A stretch of DNA of 64,000 nucleotides, from the NCBI GenBank assembly GCA_028534125.1, contig CM052817.1:38006001-38070000 (forward strand). The letters are read 5' to 3'. Numbering within the stretch: the first letter of the stretch is position 1; each line of letters starts with the position of its first letter. Made by a program: the position numbers and the translations under genes. Below are positions 28,142-43,428 of this stretch, in pieces. A model generated the notes under the pieces. It was given only the letters and a program-made list of their open reading frames with translations. It did not search any database and had not been told where the DNA came from. This DNA is from Lama glama. Taxonomy: Eukaryota.

Positions 28142-30749
28142 NNNNNNNNNNNNNNNNNNNNNNNNNNNNNNNNNNNNNNNNNNNNNNNNNNNNNNNNNNN
28201 NNNNNNNNCTATGGGTGTCATTCTCAATCAATTCACTTTGGTCTCCAATACAGTACTGCTGATGGTGTATATTCACTCTCCTTAGAGGCGTTCTGTGAGA
28301 CTCCAATGTCAAATGTTTACCAGCTGGCATTATGGTAGAGTAACCTTGTCTCCTAGCAAGATCTTATGTGAATAATACAGCATCAAATATGAAACATTCA
28401 ACATGGTATCAAAAGATCTGCCTTAATTCAGTCCTATGAAACTAATAACAATGATATACTCTTTTTTACCATTTTTTTAAGTTTTAAAATTAAGTTATAT
28501 TCACAGCTAGATAATACATGATAAAATCTTTCAGTTTAAGGCTGAAGATTTATGCTTTTATATCATAAGAAAGTCACTTGGCATGGAAATCTTTTATCAG
28601 TTAGATTTATGTTCACCCACAAATACAGTAAGTTTACTTTTAGCACATTTGGAGAGCATGCATATGAATTTCAATTTTAAATTGATCTTCTAAAATTCTT
28701 TTCCTCATTTACTTAGTTTCTAGTGGTAATAATGTCAATTCCTGATTTCATTTTCTCCACATTATTAACAAGTGCAAAATTAAAACCTCATTAATTAGTA
28801 ATGATTATATAAAATATCTGAAGAAACAAGTTTATATCACTTGGATAAGTAAAGGTGATCCCCTCTTAAGCAGTTAATAATTAGCAAGTAAAGATTCTAG
28901 AGGCTTCGAAGTGTTAAAAAGATATGGATAGTGTGTGATTAGTATATGGGCGTATAACTTGTTTTCTTCAGTTAAGTATCCTCCTACACTGTCACCTATG
29001 AAAATATTATGTCCTCATCATACTAAAGATAAAACCTCTGCTTAAAGGATCATAATTCAAAACCAAACTAAATCGAACCTAAAATAATGGGGTTTTAATG
29101 TATAATTAAAATAAATCTAATTACTAATATAGCCTAACCATATTGCGATTAGCCATTCTCTTTGGGGATTAATATATGACATATATATAATTTCATACAC
29201 ATATTCTCTGTATGTATTAAAGAACCAGTTTATGAAATGACTGAAGTAGGCAATTAGTTTTTGTTGAATAAAAAAACTTAACATGAGATGTTTTATTTAG
29301 TTAAAAATAAAGCTGCACTACTTTTACTTCTATTCTTACTGAAAATTTTTTTGGTATGACATATGAAACACATTTACTTCTAAAAATGTTATGTCTATAT
29401 TGCAGTTTTGTCTTCTACATAAGCATTTTATTAAATAGCATCTATGAATTTACCACATTCATGTTTATGTTAATGCTATTTAATAAGTATGTTGGTTTGA
29501 CAAAAACTGATTTCCTTTAGATTAAAAAAAAACAAGATTTCTTTAATTCTCAATGAATTATAAACTTGAATTTGGCCCTTGGACATGAACATTAAACAGT
29601 TCTTAAGTTTTGGCTAATTTTCAACATTGATGAAAATAGACTTAATCTGTTACCTTCGTACTCTGTGATTTTTCGGAAGTTCATTGTACTTGAATAATTG
29701 ATGACTAAAATGAACATTTGCCACCTATAAATGAAAATGATTGATTTTCATTACTTTTCATAATTTTTTAAAGAAAACCAAATCAGATTTCCACAACTGA
29801 GTTATTAAATACAGATTAGCATTTCTCAGAATTCATTTCTTGAGATAAGTTGCTCGATTATCATTTCTTAACTTGGGTTTCAAAATTCCCTATAAGTAAA
29901 GCTTTGGGTTGCTGTTAATGTTAAAAAGTCTCATAGCAAATGCCCTTTCAATGCTTGAGCCTGGTATTTTTATATTGATTTACTCCTGGCACTCTTGTAT
30001 AGGGATACATTTTAAAACATTTTGAAGGGCAAGTGGGAATTATTTTCAAAAGTGTCTCCACCGAGTGTAGGATGTGGTCTTTTAATCATTTCAAACATGT
30101 TGGTAAGTTTAAATCAGTATTTTTTAAGCAAATACATTATGAACACTGAGTATCATAAAGTTAAACTCTTAAAATGCAAGACAGATTACTTGTTTTAACA
30201 AATTCCTTATTATTAAAAATAGCATATCTGAAAGTGGCAATAAAATTACACCTAAATCTATTAGATATATAATATGTATAGTATACATCTATGCAATACA
30301 TCATTGGGAGTCATATACTATTTTTAATCAACATATTCTCATTTATATGAAGACATTCTCAAAATAAATGACTGACAAAAGTCCTTGCGGTATGAGCTAT
30401 GCATATCTTATTAATATATAAACTAACCAACAGCAAAACCTAAAATATTAATAAGGTCTTACTCCCTTTATCTTTAATGTCTAAACAAACTCAACACATT
30501 TTTTTTAGCATTGAGAAATTTAGATAGCCATAAATAGTTCTGAATATTGTATGTACTTATATGCTACTTTATTAGATGTATTTTAAAGTATGTAGTAGTT
30601 GAATTTTATTCAGATCAAATGTTTTAAACTCTCTGCAAAAGCTCATAATTCAACTTTTGAGATATTTTTCTTTTGAGAGATCTCCCAGTGAATTACATCA
30701 TGGTAGACACTTTTACTTTAAAAGTTACCAAATATTTTATATTGCATAT

Positions 30750-32930
30750 GTGAATTAATACTAAATATACAGCTTTTGAAGAAGATCAATAACATGAACA
30801 CACATGTATTACTACTCAGGTTAAAAAATAGAACATTATCAATGCCTTTGAATTTTTTGTGTGTTCCTCCCCACTCATACTCTTTCTTCTCTCCAGAGGT
30901 CACCACAGTACTAAAGACATGTTTTGACAATCTCTTTGACTTCCTTATATTTTTAACACATGCATATTGATCCCTAAGCAACATTTGGTTTAGTTTTACG
31001 CATTTTACATATTGTATTATTATTTTGTGACTTGCTTTTTTTGAAGTTAACAGTATATTTTTAAGATTTATCCATGTTGATGCATCAGAAATAGTTCATT
31101 CATTTTCATTGCTCTATAGTATACCAGTCTATGAATATTCTACAATAAATCCATTCTCCTATGAATACACTGAGAATATATTGAGTTTTCATTTTTGCTT
31201 TTATAAACAATAGTGCTATGAATAATATATGTATCCAGGAACATTTGGACAAGATTCTTTATGATAAATTCCTGGGCTCACAGGTGTGCACATTTTAAAC
31301 CTGACTATGTAACATCAGATTGATTTCCAGAATAGCAGTATATAAATGTAACTGTCTACCCCACACCCTTACCAACTCTTGGTATTGTTAGGTTTGTTTT
31401 TAAATTTGTTACCAATCTCTTGGATATAAAATCCTATTTCATGTTTTCTTTACAAAGGAGGGTAAAGCGTCTTTTCCTATATTTACTGGCCATTAGTATT
31501 TTCCCCTTGGTAATACATCTTTTGTATTTTAAAAACAATTTTTTTCTATTGTATTTTAAAAAACTAATTAGTACGAGCTCTTTATATATTCTGGCACATA
31601 ATCTTTGTCAGTTTTATGTGTTGCAAATATCTTCTCCCTATATTTAGATTATTTTCCCATTTTATTTTATGGTGATTTTGGAATTTCACAATCTTGTTTT
31701 TTTTTTTATGATTCATGTAGTTTTAAGTCTTGTTTAAGAACCCATGATGCCTTTATATTCTCTAATAATTTTACTGTGACTGTCTTAATCTTTTGCATTT
31801 AAGCCTTTAGTTCACTTAGAATTGATTTTTGTGTATGGTATGAAAGAGGGATTTCAGTTCCATTTACTGATTAGCTTTTCTTTCTTTATTGATCTATAAT
31901 GCTGTCTTTGTCATATGTTTTCACATTTAGAGGGAAGGGGTATCAGATTCTGGGCTCTATATTCTGTTCCACTGGTTTGTTTGTCCATCTCTATACCACT
32001 CCTACAGTTTCTAAGTGAAGACAAATCTATACTACACACTTACATCGGGTGAGGTAAATATCCACTTTTTTTTGTCTTCTTCAGAAGTATCTTTGCTATT
32101 AATGAACATTGCTCTTCCTTAAATATTTTAGAATTGACTTGCTAATGTCTATAAAGTGGTCCCTATTGATATTTATATTGGAATTGTATTGATCTATAGT
32201 TCAATTTGTGGAGAGTTGCTGTTTTAATTCAGACAATTTTTATCTTTCTCCTGAATGCACAAGAATCTTAGCATGTGCTACTTTAATTTAGACCATTACT
32301 ATACCAATTTAAATATTCTGTCTACACCTAGTATTTTAGTTCTCTTTCTTCAGATGCAAAAATTGACATTATTGTCATTTGACTGCATACGGGTAGAGTT
32401 TGTTTAGATTTACCCTTATGATAATAATTTTTGTGCTTATCATTACTTCTTGCAATTTGAACCTTTATTTTGAGATTACTTTCTTTCCTTCTGAGGTAAA
32501 TCCTTTAGAAGTTCTTTAATGGGAGTCTTTGATGATAAAACTCTGTTTTTCTGATTGGTTTTCCCTTATTTGAAAGATAGCTTTGTTGGACATAGAATTT
32601 TAGTATCAGTTATTTTCTTCCAGTGTTTAAAAATTGTTATTCCATGGGCTTTTTGTTTCCAATATTGCTGTTGAATAATTACCTGCCAGTGTGATAGTCA
32701 TCATTGGACATAGTCAGTCCCTTTCTCTGTTTTCATTTAGGAATTATTTTCTTGGTCTTTGGTTGTCTGCTGTTTCTCTCCCATGTTACTAGGTGTGGAT
32801 TTCTTTTTATTATGTCCCAGAATTCACTGTATTTCCTGAATTCCAGCCTATTTCCAGTCCCTGGAGTTTCTCAGATTTTGTTTCTTTGAACATTTTCTCT
32901 CCCCTAGTTTTTACTTTATCTCTGTGAAAA
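30750..32930 (-). mobile_element. Old L1 (L1ME/L1MC-like) fragments, antisense
   Basis: T-rich block with L1 motifs: agatttatccatgttgatg, ccacacccttaccaactcttggtattg, gttgcaaatatcttctcc, tgatttttgtgtatggtatga, ttctgggctctatattctgttccactgg. Confidence 0.8.
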
Positions 32931-33227
32931 AACTCTGGACATAAAGTAGACATTCATTTATTCAGTCAATATTTCTGAACACCTACTATGAGCTGGGCAC
33001 TTTTTGTCTCTAGGGTTATATAAGGAAACAAAACTGATAAGAATCTTTATCATCATGAAATTGAAAATAAAAGGCACAGTATATTAGAAGATGATGACAG
33101 CTAAGAGACCAGAGTGAACAAAGTTCCTGGATGGAAAGCAGGGATTGCCTTTTTCTTTTTTGAGTTGTAACATGAAAGTTTTGTCTTTTCAGACTCTTTC
33201 TGAAAGAATCTGAAAAGACAAAATACA

Positions 33228-33332
33228 TGTATGTATGTATATAATTTAATCGCTTTGCTGTCCACCTGGAACTAACATTGTAAATCAACTACACTTCAAT
33301 AAAAATAAAATTTAAATAGTTAAAAAAAGAAA
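33228..33332 (+). mobile_element. Short L1 3' tail
   Basis: tcgctttgctgtccacctggaactaacattgtaaatcaactacacttcaataaaaataaaa. Confidence 0.75.
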
Positions 33333-33739
33333 AGGTGCTTTAAAAACCATAGGAGATAATAGGACACAGTGAAAAGACTGAACTTACGTGTTATTGGCAT
33401 CCGAAAATAAAGTTTTGTCAAGTATGCTTCATATAGCATGTTTTCTTAACCTCATATAAACTTGATTGTCTCTTCTTAACTTTTCTCTTCTATAGTGTTA
33501 TACCCAGAAATGGATGTGATCTTTCAGAGAGGGTATCACAGAACAGAGCACAGTGTCACATAAACTTCTGTTAAACAGAATTCTGCATTTCTTTTAGTGT
33601 TGGGAGTTGTTTGTATTACTTCCTTTGTTTAAAGTCATATTATGTACTAGTTTTTAAAGGACCTTGATATTTTTTATCTACAAAATACAGATGTCAATTT
33701 AAGTGATCTCCAAGACCTCTTCCAGTTTCAAAATGCAAG

Positions 33740-33916
33740 TAGAGTCAGATCTAGGTTTTGTGAGGCCAGAATATCATACAGTTGGAGGAGGGTATTATGT
33801 ACAAAAATAATCAATTTTATAAGTGCAAAACTACGTACTGAGTCTTATAAGGGACATGTGTAAGTGAGAGGCTCCAAAGATTACCCTTTAATAACTTTAT
33901 GAGAATTCTACCATTG
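33740..33916. mobile_element. MER53-like hAT MITE
   Basis: cagatctaggttttgtgaggccaga...gtgtaagtgagaggctcc...aattctaccattg follows the MER53 layout as I recall it. Confidence 0.6.
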
Positions 33917-34946
33917 TGACACACATTAATATATACTGGATTTGCTTATCTGTGAAATGTCTCTCCACTTTTTGCTTTATAAGTAAATATAGGTTAAATA
34001 AAAATAGATTATACTGAGATGCAGATACATCATGCTTCAAATCTCAGTCTTTGGATATTCCATGTCCTACAGCATTCCATTAGCAATCTGCTGCCAGGGA
34101 ACAAAGAGCCTTTTACTCAACTTGTCACCTTTGAGGTTTTTATATGTTTTGACTTGTAATATTTCCTTTTACTATGCTCATTTATAATGAAAACTGATGT
34201 TAGCTACAATTGTGCATTAAGTCACATTTATATTTTATGATACCAGAATTTGAGGGGGACTTTTTAGAGGAAAAGAACATTTTCAAATGAAAAAAAAGTA
34301 AAAATATTTTTTAAAGTAACAAAACAACTCAAGATATAACCATGAAAATCTGGATCCAGATTTCTGTTGTATGTATAGACATGTATGTGTATATATATGG
34401 ATATTCTACAATACAGAAATATATGTATATTTCTATCCTGATCTTTACAATGTCCTCAGAAGTTAGAGTTCTTTTGAAAACAAATTTTATCATAGAGAAA
34501 TATGGAGTAGTTATTGAAAAATAAATTGGCAAATATTTTAAACTTAAATTGAATAGCTTTTGTACTTTCCATGAGTAGAACTCCATATAATATACAGGGT
34601 GATATAAAACCATCCCACATATATATGTGATAGCAGCATATACTTTCAGTCCTTCCCTAGATGTTGATGGGTAGAACCCCTCTTCCTCTGCCTGTAGCCT
34701 ATATGTACCATTTGTCATAATTTTCCATCTTTTTTTTTCAGGAAAGTGACATGCAGAAAAGGAACAAATATTAGAACTTTTCTTTCCCTTAAATATTTCC
34801 AGATGAACGACCCCTAAGTTTTCCATAGGAAATAGATGTGGAATAATCTCTTGATGAAACTGACTCTATTCTAATTTATGTCATAAAACTGAAACATGTT
34901 AGTATTTTATTCTTAAATCTGGATTTAGTAATTCACAAGAGATTGT

Positions 34947-35125
34947 TAGTATTTCTCAAATATAGTCCAGGGACCATCTGGATTGCAGTTAACTGTTGGT
35001 GGGTTTTTTCGTGGTGTCAAGCCAGGCGTATGGACTCAGAATCTTGTAGATCAGTGGGGAGAAGGCAGTGATCTGTAATTTTGTAAGTTCCCTATGTTAT
35101 GAATATTCAGTTTGGGAACCACAGT
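34947..35125. mobile_element. MER5-like hAT-Charlie MITE
   Basis: Termini agtatttctcaaa...agtttgggaaccacag; internal actcagaatct. Confidence 0.55.
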
Positions 35126-38100
35126 TTTATATCATGATTCCTAACACATGGCATGCATGCCTCCACTTCCTTATTGCACACTCATTGCAGACATAACTAA
35201 CTGATTACAATATTCTTACCTATAGGGCTAGCATAAAGCCAAGAATAATACTCAGCACACTGCCAACCAGGCAGCCAGTTGGCTTGCAACATGGAATAGC
35301 CTCTCCCGGAACTTTTCTATGCAGTCAGTACTCTTAAACAGTATTATCTTATAAAAAAAAAATAGTTAAGAATTTGGAGACAGGCACTGGTATTCTTTAA
35401 GTTACAAATAGATGCCAAAATTTTTTTGCACAAAATATTGAATATAAGGCTTAGAGCAGGGAAGAAAGCAAGTCTGAATTCATGAAGGTGTCATCTCTGG
35501 AAACCATATTCAACATAGCAAAAAAGTAATCAATAATGGGAAAAAAAAAACCATGAGGATACAATAATTCAAAGGGCATAGTAGAGTGAGATCGTTAAAT
35601 GACTATGGGTCCACTTTGTAGCTTCTGAAAGCTTAAATGTGCATAGTATAAATTATGACCCAAAATGCTCAGAAAATATCAAGTCACTTTTCATTCATTA
35701 GGTTCAAGGCAGTTTTTTATATATTTTAGAAATATTCTCAACCAAGGAAATTGAAGCATAAAATGTAAGTTCTTAGCTAATTAATAAAAATTAGCTGAGA
35801 TAATTTTCAATCTTAGGATTTCAAATAATCATTTTTACAATCTATACTTGCTTTATTCATCTATTATAATACTGTTTCCTGACATTAGTAATAGTCAAAT
35901 TTGCACATTATCTTATCATACTTATTTATAAAATCAATGTAATATGTAATAAGACTATTTTGTAATATGACTTTTTGTAATATGACTATTTTTATGTAGT
36001 GACTTTAGAATTAGATGAAGAAATTGTCAAATAATTCCTATTAAATGACATTTTCAATTTGTATTAAATACCTTTGATAATTACATTGTATGATAATTTC
36101 TTAAAGAGTAAATCAAAAATATTTAAAATATATTTATTACTTTTTTGGTAACTGCACCAGCTGGAATCTGTAAATATTCATATCCTTACTCATCATGGAA
36201 AAATACTGACTTACTAATGTCCTAAAGCAAAGAAATCCTTTTGCAAAAAGGGATTTTGGCCATTCTCTAAAAAAAAATTTATATGTTAACACTAACACAT
36301 AATCATAAGAAACTTAGTTAATATTTTCTATATTTTAAAAAAATATAATCATTGTGGAAATCTGATGATTAACTTTTTTTAATAATGTATCACCTATTTT
36401 CTATTCAAAGTATTAATAAAATTAGTTGTCTTATGTGGATATGTTTTCTGATAGAGTAGGAAAGCAGCTTCAGAGGCATTTTTTAAGAGAAATTGCCTGA
36501 CATAACTATACCGTCAACTTCATGGCCAAATTAAAAGAATTTTTACCACCTCAGTTTTAAACCTGCTCGTTTTCTTAATGGAATCCTTGGAATAAACACT
36601 GGATTTGGAGCCAGGAGATACGACTTTCCGTCTTGGTTTATATTTGGTTAATTATGAATGTAAAAGAAAATCATGTGGTTAACTAAGGATAGTGGACATA
36701 GTTGTTCATGTTGTAATCCTGTGAACATCTGGAAAACAGATCCTTACCACTTAAATATAACTAGTCATGTTTGTGGGAAGAAAACTTGAAATGGATTGGT
36801 TAAAGTAAAGACATACACTTTTTAAAGATGCCTATACCACGTATTTGCAGTTAGAACATTCAACTATTTTATTAACAATAATAAAGATTCTTGCCTCCTT
36901 TCTTTTGTAAACCATGGCATCAAGGACAACTATAGTGTTTCATCTAAAAAGCAGTCTAAGATAGGAAAGTGTGCTGAGTGCCTCTATATAGCTTAATTAT
37001 AACTTGTATCAAGAAACATGTTAACAGTTCTTATTTAACTAATTCCAGAATATTTGGCTCTCCTTAAACTTTAGTGTAAAAATGCCATATAATTGTTTTG
37101 GGAATGATAATTTAAAAGCAGTTCATTTTTTTACTAAATAACTGTAGAGTGGTAGCTAAATGTATCTAGAATATAATAGTGTGTTGGAGTATTTTGCCAA
37201 CTTTGTTAAATGACTCATTCACAAACAGTCTGGCAGCTTCTTTGTCCTTGCCTTTAGTTTGACATCAAATCTTTAGAAGTCTAAAGAAATTTGACCAATG
37301 ATTAAATGATGGCTTGTTTAGGGTATGATAATGTAACTGTATTAGAGAGTAGATCTCTTTCCATAATTTACAATGTAAGTATTGATATATATTTAACTGC
37401 ATTAATGGTTTCTATTTAAATGTATCTAAGTATAAGTAGTTACAGCTTACCTATATCCATAGTGCTAACATCAGCTTTTGTTTAAGGGTAACTTTTAACT
37501 CTAACCTTTTATGATTTTTTAGTTTATTTTAATAATTCTGACTTACTGCTATATTCTCATTCACATAGTAACTTAGATGAATTTTTATTGAAACATGTCC
37601 TTGTTTAATTATTCCTGTTGTTTTGTAAAGGAATATTTTCCAACCCTTCATTTCTTGATGTTACACAATCATATATATTTTTTATCCCAGTAACTGTGAG
37701 GATATGTAATAATTTAAATTTTATTCAACCAGATTACAAGGGAGATAGAAGAGGATTTGTAAATTAGCTTGATTTTATCTTTGTTCAATCACCTATCTGC
37801 ATTGTTTGCATTCTGCTTTTATTTTGGTTGAATATAGTTAATTTTGTCTTCTGTCAGGACTGCCCATCTTTTTTTCCGTCCAACCCTAATGCATAGCTGG
37901 GGTAAAGATTGTGCAAATCTCAATTAAGTAATATGGTAAGATTCCTGAGCTGTCACAAATTACATTAGCAGAAATGAATTACCTTTACACTGAAGGGTAG
38001 AGCAGTAGAAGAATGAACAACACAGGCAAGAACACTGCTTGTCCTCTAGGATTTAAGACTTTCCAAGGCCTCTGTTGTTTATTGACACATGGCGAGGAAA

Positions 38101-39037
38101 TCTGTTTGAAATCAACTTCTTCCAGTTGGCTCTTCAGAGTTTTCATGAGTGGTATTTATCATTCTCAAGGCTCTGAAATATTAAACATCAATAATAAATG
38201 AAAAAGAAAATCTCAATCAGGGAGTATGTCTGTTAAAAACTCCTCAATTTTGGAAAGTATTAATTTTCATAGAGATGTAATATTTTTCTTGTAGAATTCC
38301 CCATGCTTAACATACTTTTGAAACACATGCACTTGGTTGAAATCTATTGTCTTAAATTGAAAATCCTATGTTTACCCTCATATCTCATTGAATACAATAT
38401 TCAGGGATGCAGGGCACTATTGTCAGAAGTAAGAAAATATGTACAAAACTGCAACCATTCTGATAAATAGAATTTTTTAAAAGTCTTTTGTGAATAATTA
38501 GTGAATTATTTTATTATCAAATTTATATTGATCCTATATATAGTGCATATGAGTAGAAAACATTAACAGATGATGAAATTTCCTATTTGATAGAGAAAGG
38601 AAGGGGGAAAAAAACCTAAAAAGGAATTTAAGAAAAATGTAAATGAATCTTATAAAATATTCGTGCATTTGTCATTTTTAGAAAATAATTGAAATAATTT
38701 CATGATAATATAGTATGTCATATTCTTTCTCTTCTAAATCACATGGTTATATAGAAGTTTAACTTAGTATAAGAAATTCTTCTTGTGTTATTTAAATACA
38801 TTTTCATCTTTACAACCCAAAGACTATTTCATGATGTCCTATTTTGTTAGGTAATGTTAGTTCCCCCAAAATGTATATGTTCCAAAAGTGAATTTAAAGT
38901 TCCAAGAGGATTCATTGCCTAACTCTCTGATTTTATTATATTTTTGTCCTTTGTTGCTTATTTGAACTCCAGTTGTGTTGACTGCTCAGGATTCTGAAAA
39001 GCAGTTAGTCTCCCAACTAGTGAAAGGCAAGAACTAG

Positions 39038-39310
<273 letters not shown>

Positions 39311-39969
39311 TAAGCAAGCCACAGAGACACCTGTCTTTAACTTGAACTACCCCAATTTAAGGAGAGATATTTTTAAAAACTGTTTCTTTACAGAGGAGGA
39401 ATAACCAAGGATTTTTAAATTGTCTGGACATTTAGAGAGAAGGGGAGTAATGAAGTGTGTGATAGTGGGATGATTAACTGCTTCATGGGACTTATTTAGA
39501 ATCTCAAAATTTTTTTGCAATGTTAACTCTAAAACACCAATGTCATATACATGGAGATAATTGTTCCAGTTCTTTTTATTACCTGTAAAATATTTTCAAC
39601 ACAAGTTTTTGATTGTAAAATCTTGGAGATACAGATGTTTGAGTTTTATTTTATAGAATGCTTAACCACTATTTTTTCACTTTAGTGTGACAAATGAGAT
39701 TTTTACCTACACATTTGATATGCAGTGTAAACACTTTCATTAATAAGTAATTTTTTCTACTATTATGTCTGCAGTTATGAACTTTAGTAACAGATCTTAG
39801 TTTCTTCACCCACAAAACTGGGATCATAATGCCTTAGTTATAGGATTGAAGACATGGAATAAATTTGGGAATGTTTAATGTATACTATAAATAATATTCT
39901 ATTTTTTTTAATTTAGGACATTTCAGAGAATGTGCTTTTGAAGCAAATTTGATGTTTTTTTTCTCCTGC

Positions 39970-40160
39970 TTGGGCTCAAATCCTGTCCCTTAAAATCTGT
40001 GTGAACCTGGGCCAATTATCTAATCTTTCTCTACTTCCTTTAATAAATGAAGGTAGAAATTGTCTACCTTAGAGGATCACTGGGAGAATTAGTTGACTAA
40101 TTTGTCAAGCACTTAAAACAGTGCTTGGCTCACAGTAAACGCTCAGTAACTGTTACATAT
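39970..40160 (+). mobile_element. MIR SINE
   Basis: tgggctcaaatcctg...tgtgtgaacctgggcc...agcacttaaaacagtgcttggctcacagtaaacgctcagtaa. Confidence 0.75.
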
Positions 40161-42050
40161 AAAAATAATAATTAATGTTTATTAATAATAGTCATTATTT
40201 TAAATATACCTGTACATTATCCAAAAAAAAGGACACATACTTTTGAAAATTTCCCCCAAATGTTCAGTGGGCAATTAATTAGCTACAGATTTAACTCACA
40301 GACTTTATAGCTAATATACTTAAATGAGATGGAGGAACTGCAATGCGATGCTACAATTTCCCGGGGTCTTATTATCTCAGACTTCCATAAGGTGCATTTT
40401 AAATGTGCAGCGTTGTTTCTTCGTTCATGACACTTTTGTTGCACAGTTGAGTTTCCTCCTTCAGCTGTCTCTACTGGCTCTCTGAATGGTAACAGACTAA
40501 ATTATTACTAAAACCACTGTTTTTAAGGTCAACATTGCCTATATGCAGATTGAGCAAAAGCTAATACCCCAAGTAGAGATTTTGAAGATGTCTTTGTGAT
40601 GCTAATTGACAAGTCAGGTAAAAGTAATCCCTTCCTGTTAAGACACTTGAAGTGTAACAATACGGAGACCACAAAACCCTGATTAAATTAGTTGGGATCA
40701 TGAAAGCACTTGTAGAAAAACTATTAAGTAAAATACGTGCTTCATGGTATAATTCCAACTTTCTTGAGTTTATTTTTTGGCTTTTTAATTCAATTTGAAC
40801 CTGTATGGTTATATTATTTTTGCAGATAATAAACTATTATTACATATTTACAATTATTAAATTATGATTTTAATATAAAAATTGGCAGATTATAAAGAAG
40901 TATACAGATAATCAAAGGGAAGAATTTATTCTACTGCCACTGAATAGTGTAAAACATTTACTTACAAATGAAAGAATGAAGGATGAGGAATTGAAGCCTT
41001 TTCTCTTCCCCATTTTGTTCCTTGTACAAGCAGTACTGATCAGTGTTTCTTGGTGAGATGACTTGGTATTACTGCAGTTCATGCCCCTACTGGTGAGGAA
41101 CCTACCCCAACCCCACCTTTCTAAGAGTAGAAACATGGGCATGTTTATGGGAGAACCTGCAGCAGTGTGTGAGTGTGGGTATAAAATCACTTACAAATCA
41201 AAGAGATCCTTGAACCAATGAAATAAATAAATACAGCCCCATTAGGGCATAAAGGGATCATTAACAATGAGAAATATTAAATACTGAAAATTAATATATA
41301 AGTATTTCTGTACTTTTATTATTCTTATGAACTTTGGTGTGTCAGTTTGGAAGTAGCATAATTTAAATCTGTAGAATTGAGATCCCAATGAAAATGACTA
41401 ATAAAAATAAAAAATCTTCTATTCTAATTTAAGTTGTGATTTTTAATAAATATATAATTAATATAAATAAATATAGAAAAGTATTTTTATTAAAATGTAA
41501 CAATATAAGAAATACTAATGTCACAGACATGTGACTGTAATATAATCAAAATTATGAAAAAATACATAGGACTAGAAGCGAATACATGACTAATGAGAGT
41601 GGTTGCCTTTAGATGGTGAAGATGATTGATTTTTCTAGATTTTATGGTTTATATAATCTCCAATTTAAAAAAATTAAGCTATATTTTCTTAATAATCAAA
41701 AGAATTGATAATTAAAAATAGGTACATATCCATGGATTCAAACTTTGCCTTTTTCCTAATTTAGCAAACCAGTTTAGATTTTGTTTTCTTTAATTAGAAC
41801 TTTTACCTTATGTTTGGAACAAATTGAAATTTTCACCATAAAACTTTCAAATCAGTTTGGATCTGTATTTTCTGTAAAATTTTATATGTTTTTAGAGATT
41901 AAAAACTGAGTGTCCTTTAGCAATGTCATTAAATAAGCCCACTTACTGGTTATTGCCATGTAATTTTTTTGTATCCTTAGCACCTCCCACTGTACCTGGC
42001 ACACAGTAGACAATGTATATCTTATATATTGGGAATTGGAAAATTGCACC

Positions 42051-42232
42051 TCTTGGGGAGTGATGGAAATGTTAGCTATTTTGATTGTGGTGGTGGTTTC
42101 ATGTGTGTATACATCTGTCAAAATTCATCAAATTGTACGTCTGAAATATGTGTAGTTTTCTATATAGGAACTGTATCACAATAAAAGTACTAAAAATTAA
42201 ATTAAATTAAGTTAAATTAAATTAAATTAAAA
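42051..42232 (+). mobile_element. L1M 3' end with (TTAAA)n tail and degenerate TSD
   Basis: gtgatggaaatgtt...gattgtggtggtggtttcatg...tgtcaaaattcatcaaattgtac; flanks aaaattgcacc / aaaactgaacc. Confidence 0.8.
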
Positions 42233-42479
42233 AACTGAACCAGATCCCTCACATCAATTTGGTTACTAAGGTTTGTGGATTCTTTCCCTCAAATATGTCC
42301 CCTCCTTTCAATCTTTGAAGTGTCTGTGCCCATTAAAGCCCTCATCACCTCTCCCATCCCCAAAAAAGTCACCCCTGGCTTCCTTGCTTACTTCTAGACT
42401 ATGCTTTATCCCTTTTCCCAGATCAGAAGTTTTAAAGTGAGCAGTGTACACCCACTTTGTTTCCTTTTAGGAAACATCA

Positions 42480-43160
42480 TTCTTTTAAATTTATTTTTAT
42501 TTATGCAAGCAATGCATTCACGTATTCTCTTCTCCCCGAAGGTAACTATGATTTTCAGTTTGTTGATTATCCTTGCAGACCTCTTCTATGCATTTATGTT
42601 TATAAATACAGAGAAAGGGAAATAAATATTTGTTATTTTATTGGGAAGGGGCAGATTTATAGAAATGGCATCAGGATCAGCGGATCATTTTACAATTTTT
42701 TTTTTCACTTAACATCATGTCCACGTGAGTACTCATAGATCTACCTCATTCTTTTAAACTGCTAAATACAGTTCCCTGGCACAGTGGTACCATAGGTCAT
42801 TCTGTTGCTCTCTCGGTGGGAATTTATACTGTTCAAAGGTTTTTTTTTTTAAAATCCTTAATCAATGCTGCAGTGAACATCCTTTCTGTATGCTTTCCAT
42901 GAACATGTGCAATTGTTTCTCTAGGCTATATATCTAAAAGTAGAACTGCTAAGTCATAAGGTATTCACATCTAAAATTTTAATAGCTGCCAAATCTGCCC
43001 TCTAGAAAATCTGTATCGATTATCAATTTACACTCCCACCAACATGAATGAAATTACCTGGTGTTAGTGGATATTATGCCATCTTTTTTGCAGATTTGCT
43101 GGATAAAGATATTTCATTGTTTCGTTTTGTATTTCTCTAGTCATTTGGTAAAGTTACCTG
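42480..43160 (-). mobile_element. Old L1ME-like fragment, antisense
   Basis: atagatctacctcattctttt, aatgctgcagtgaacatcc, aatttacactcccaccaaca. Confidence 0.7.
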
Positions 43161-43260
43161 ATGTTTGGAAGGAAGGTGCTAGTTGATCTTTTTTTTTTGT
43201 TTTTGTTTTAATTTCTTCTCCCTTTGAAAAATTCCCTTGCCAAAATCCAAATTTTACTAA

Positions 43261-43428
<168 letters not shown>

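Noticed and set aside
34329-34826. 165-aa minus-strand ORF, and other 60-150 aa ORFs such as 46433..46873 and 6017..6391
   Set aside because: No recognisable domains or splice structure. They are low-complexity, repeat-derived, antisense to exons, or inflated by N-runs.
35938-35995. Short tandem duplications (tgtaatatgact units; also 4871-4929 and 44075-44102)
   Set aside because: Ordinary slippage-type microduplications in AT-rich intron, with no sign of function.
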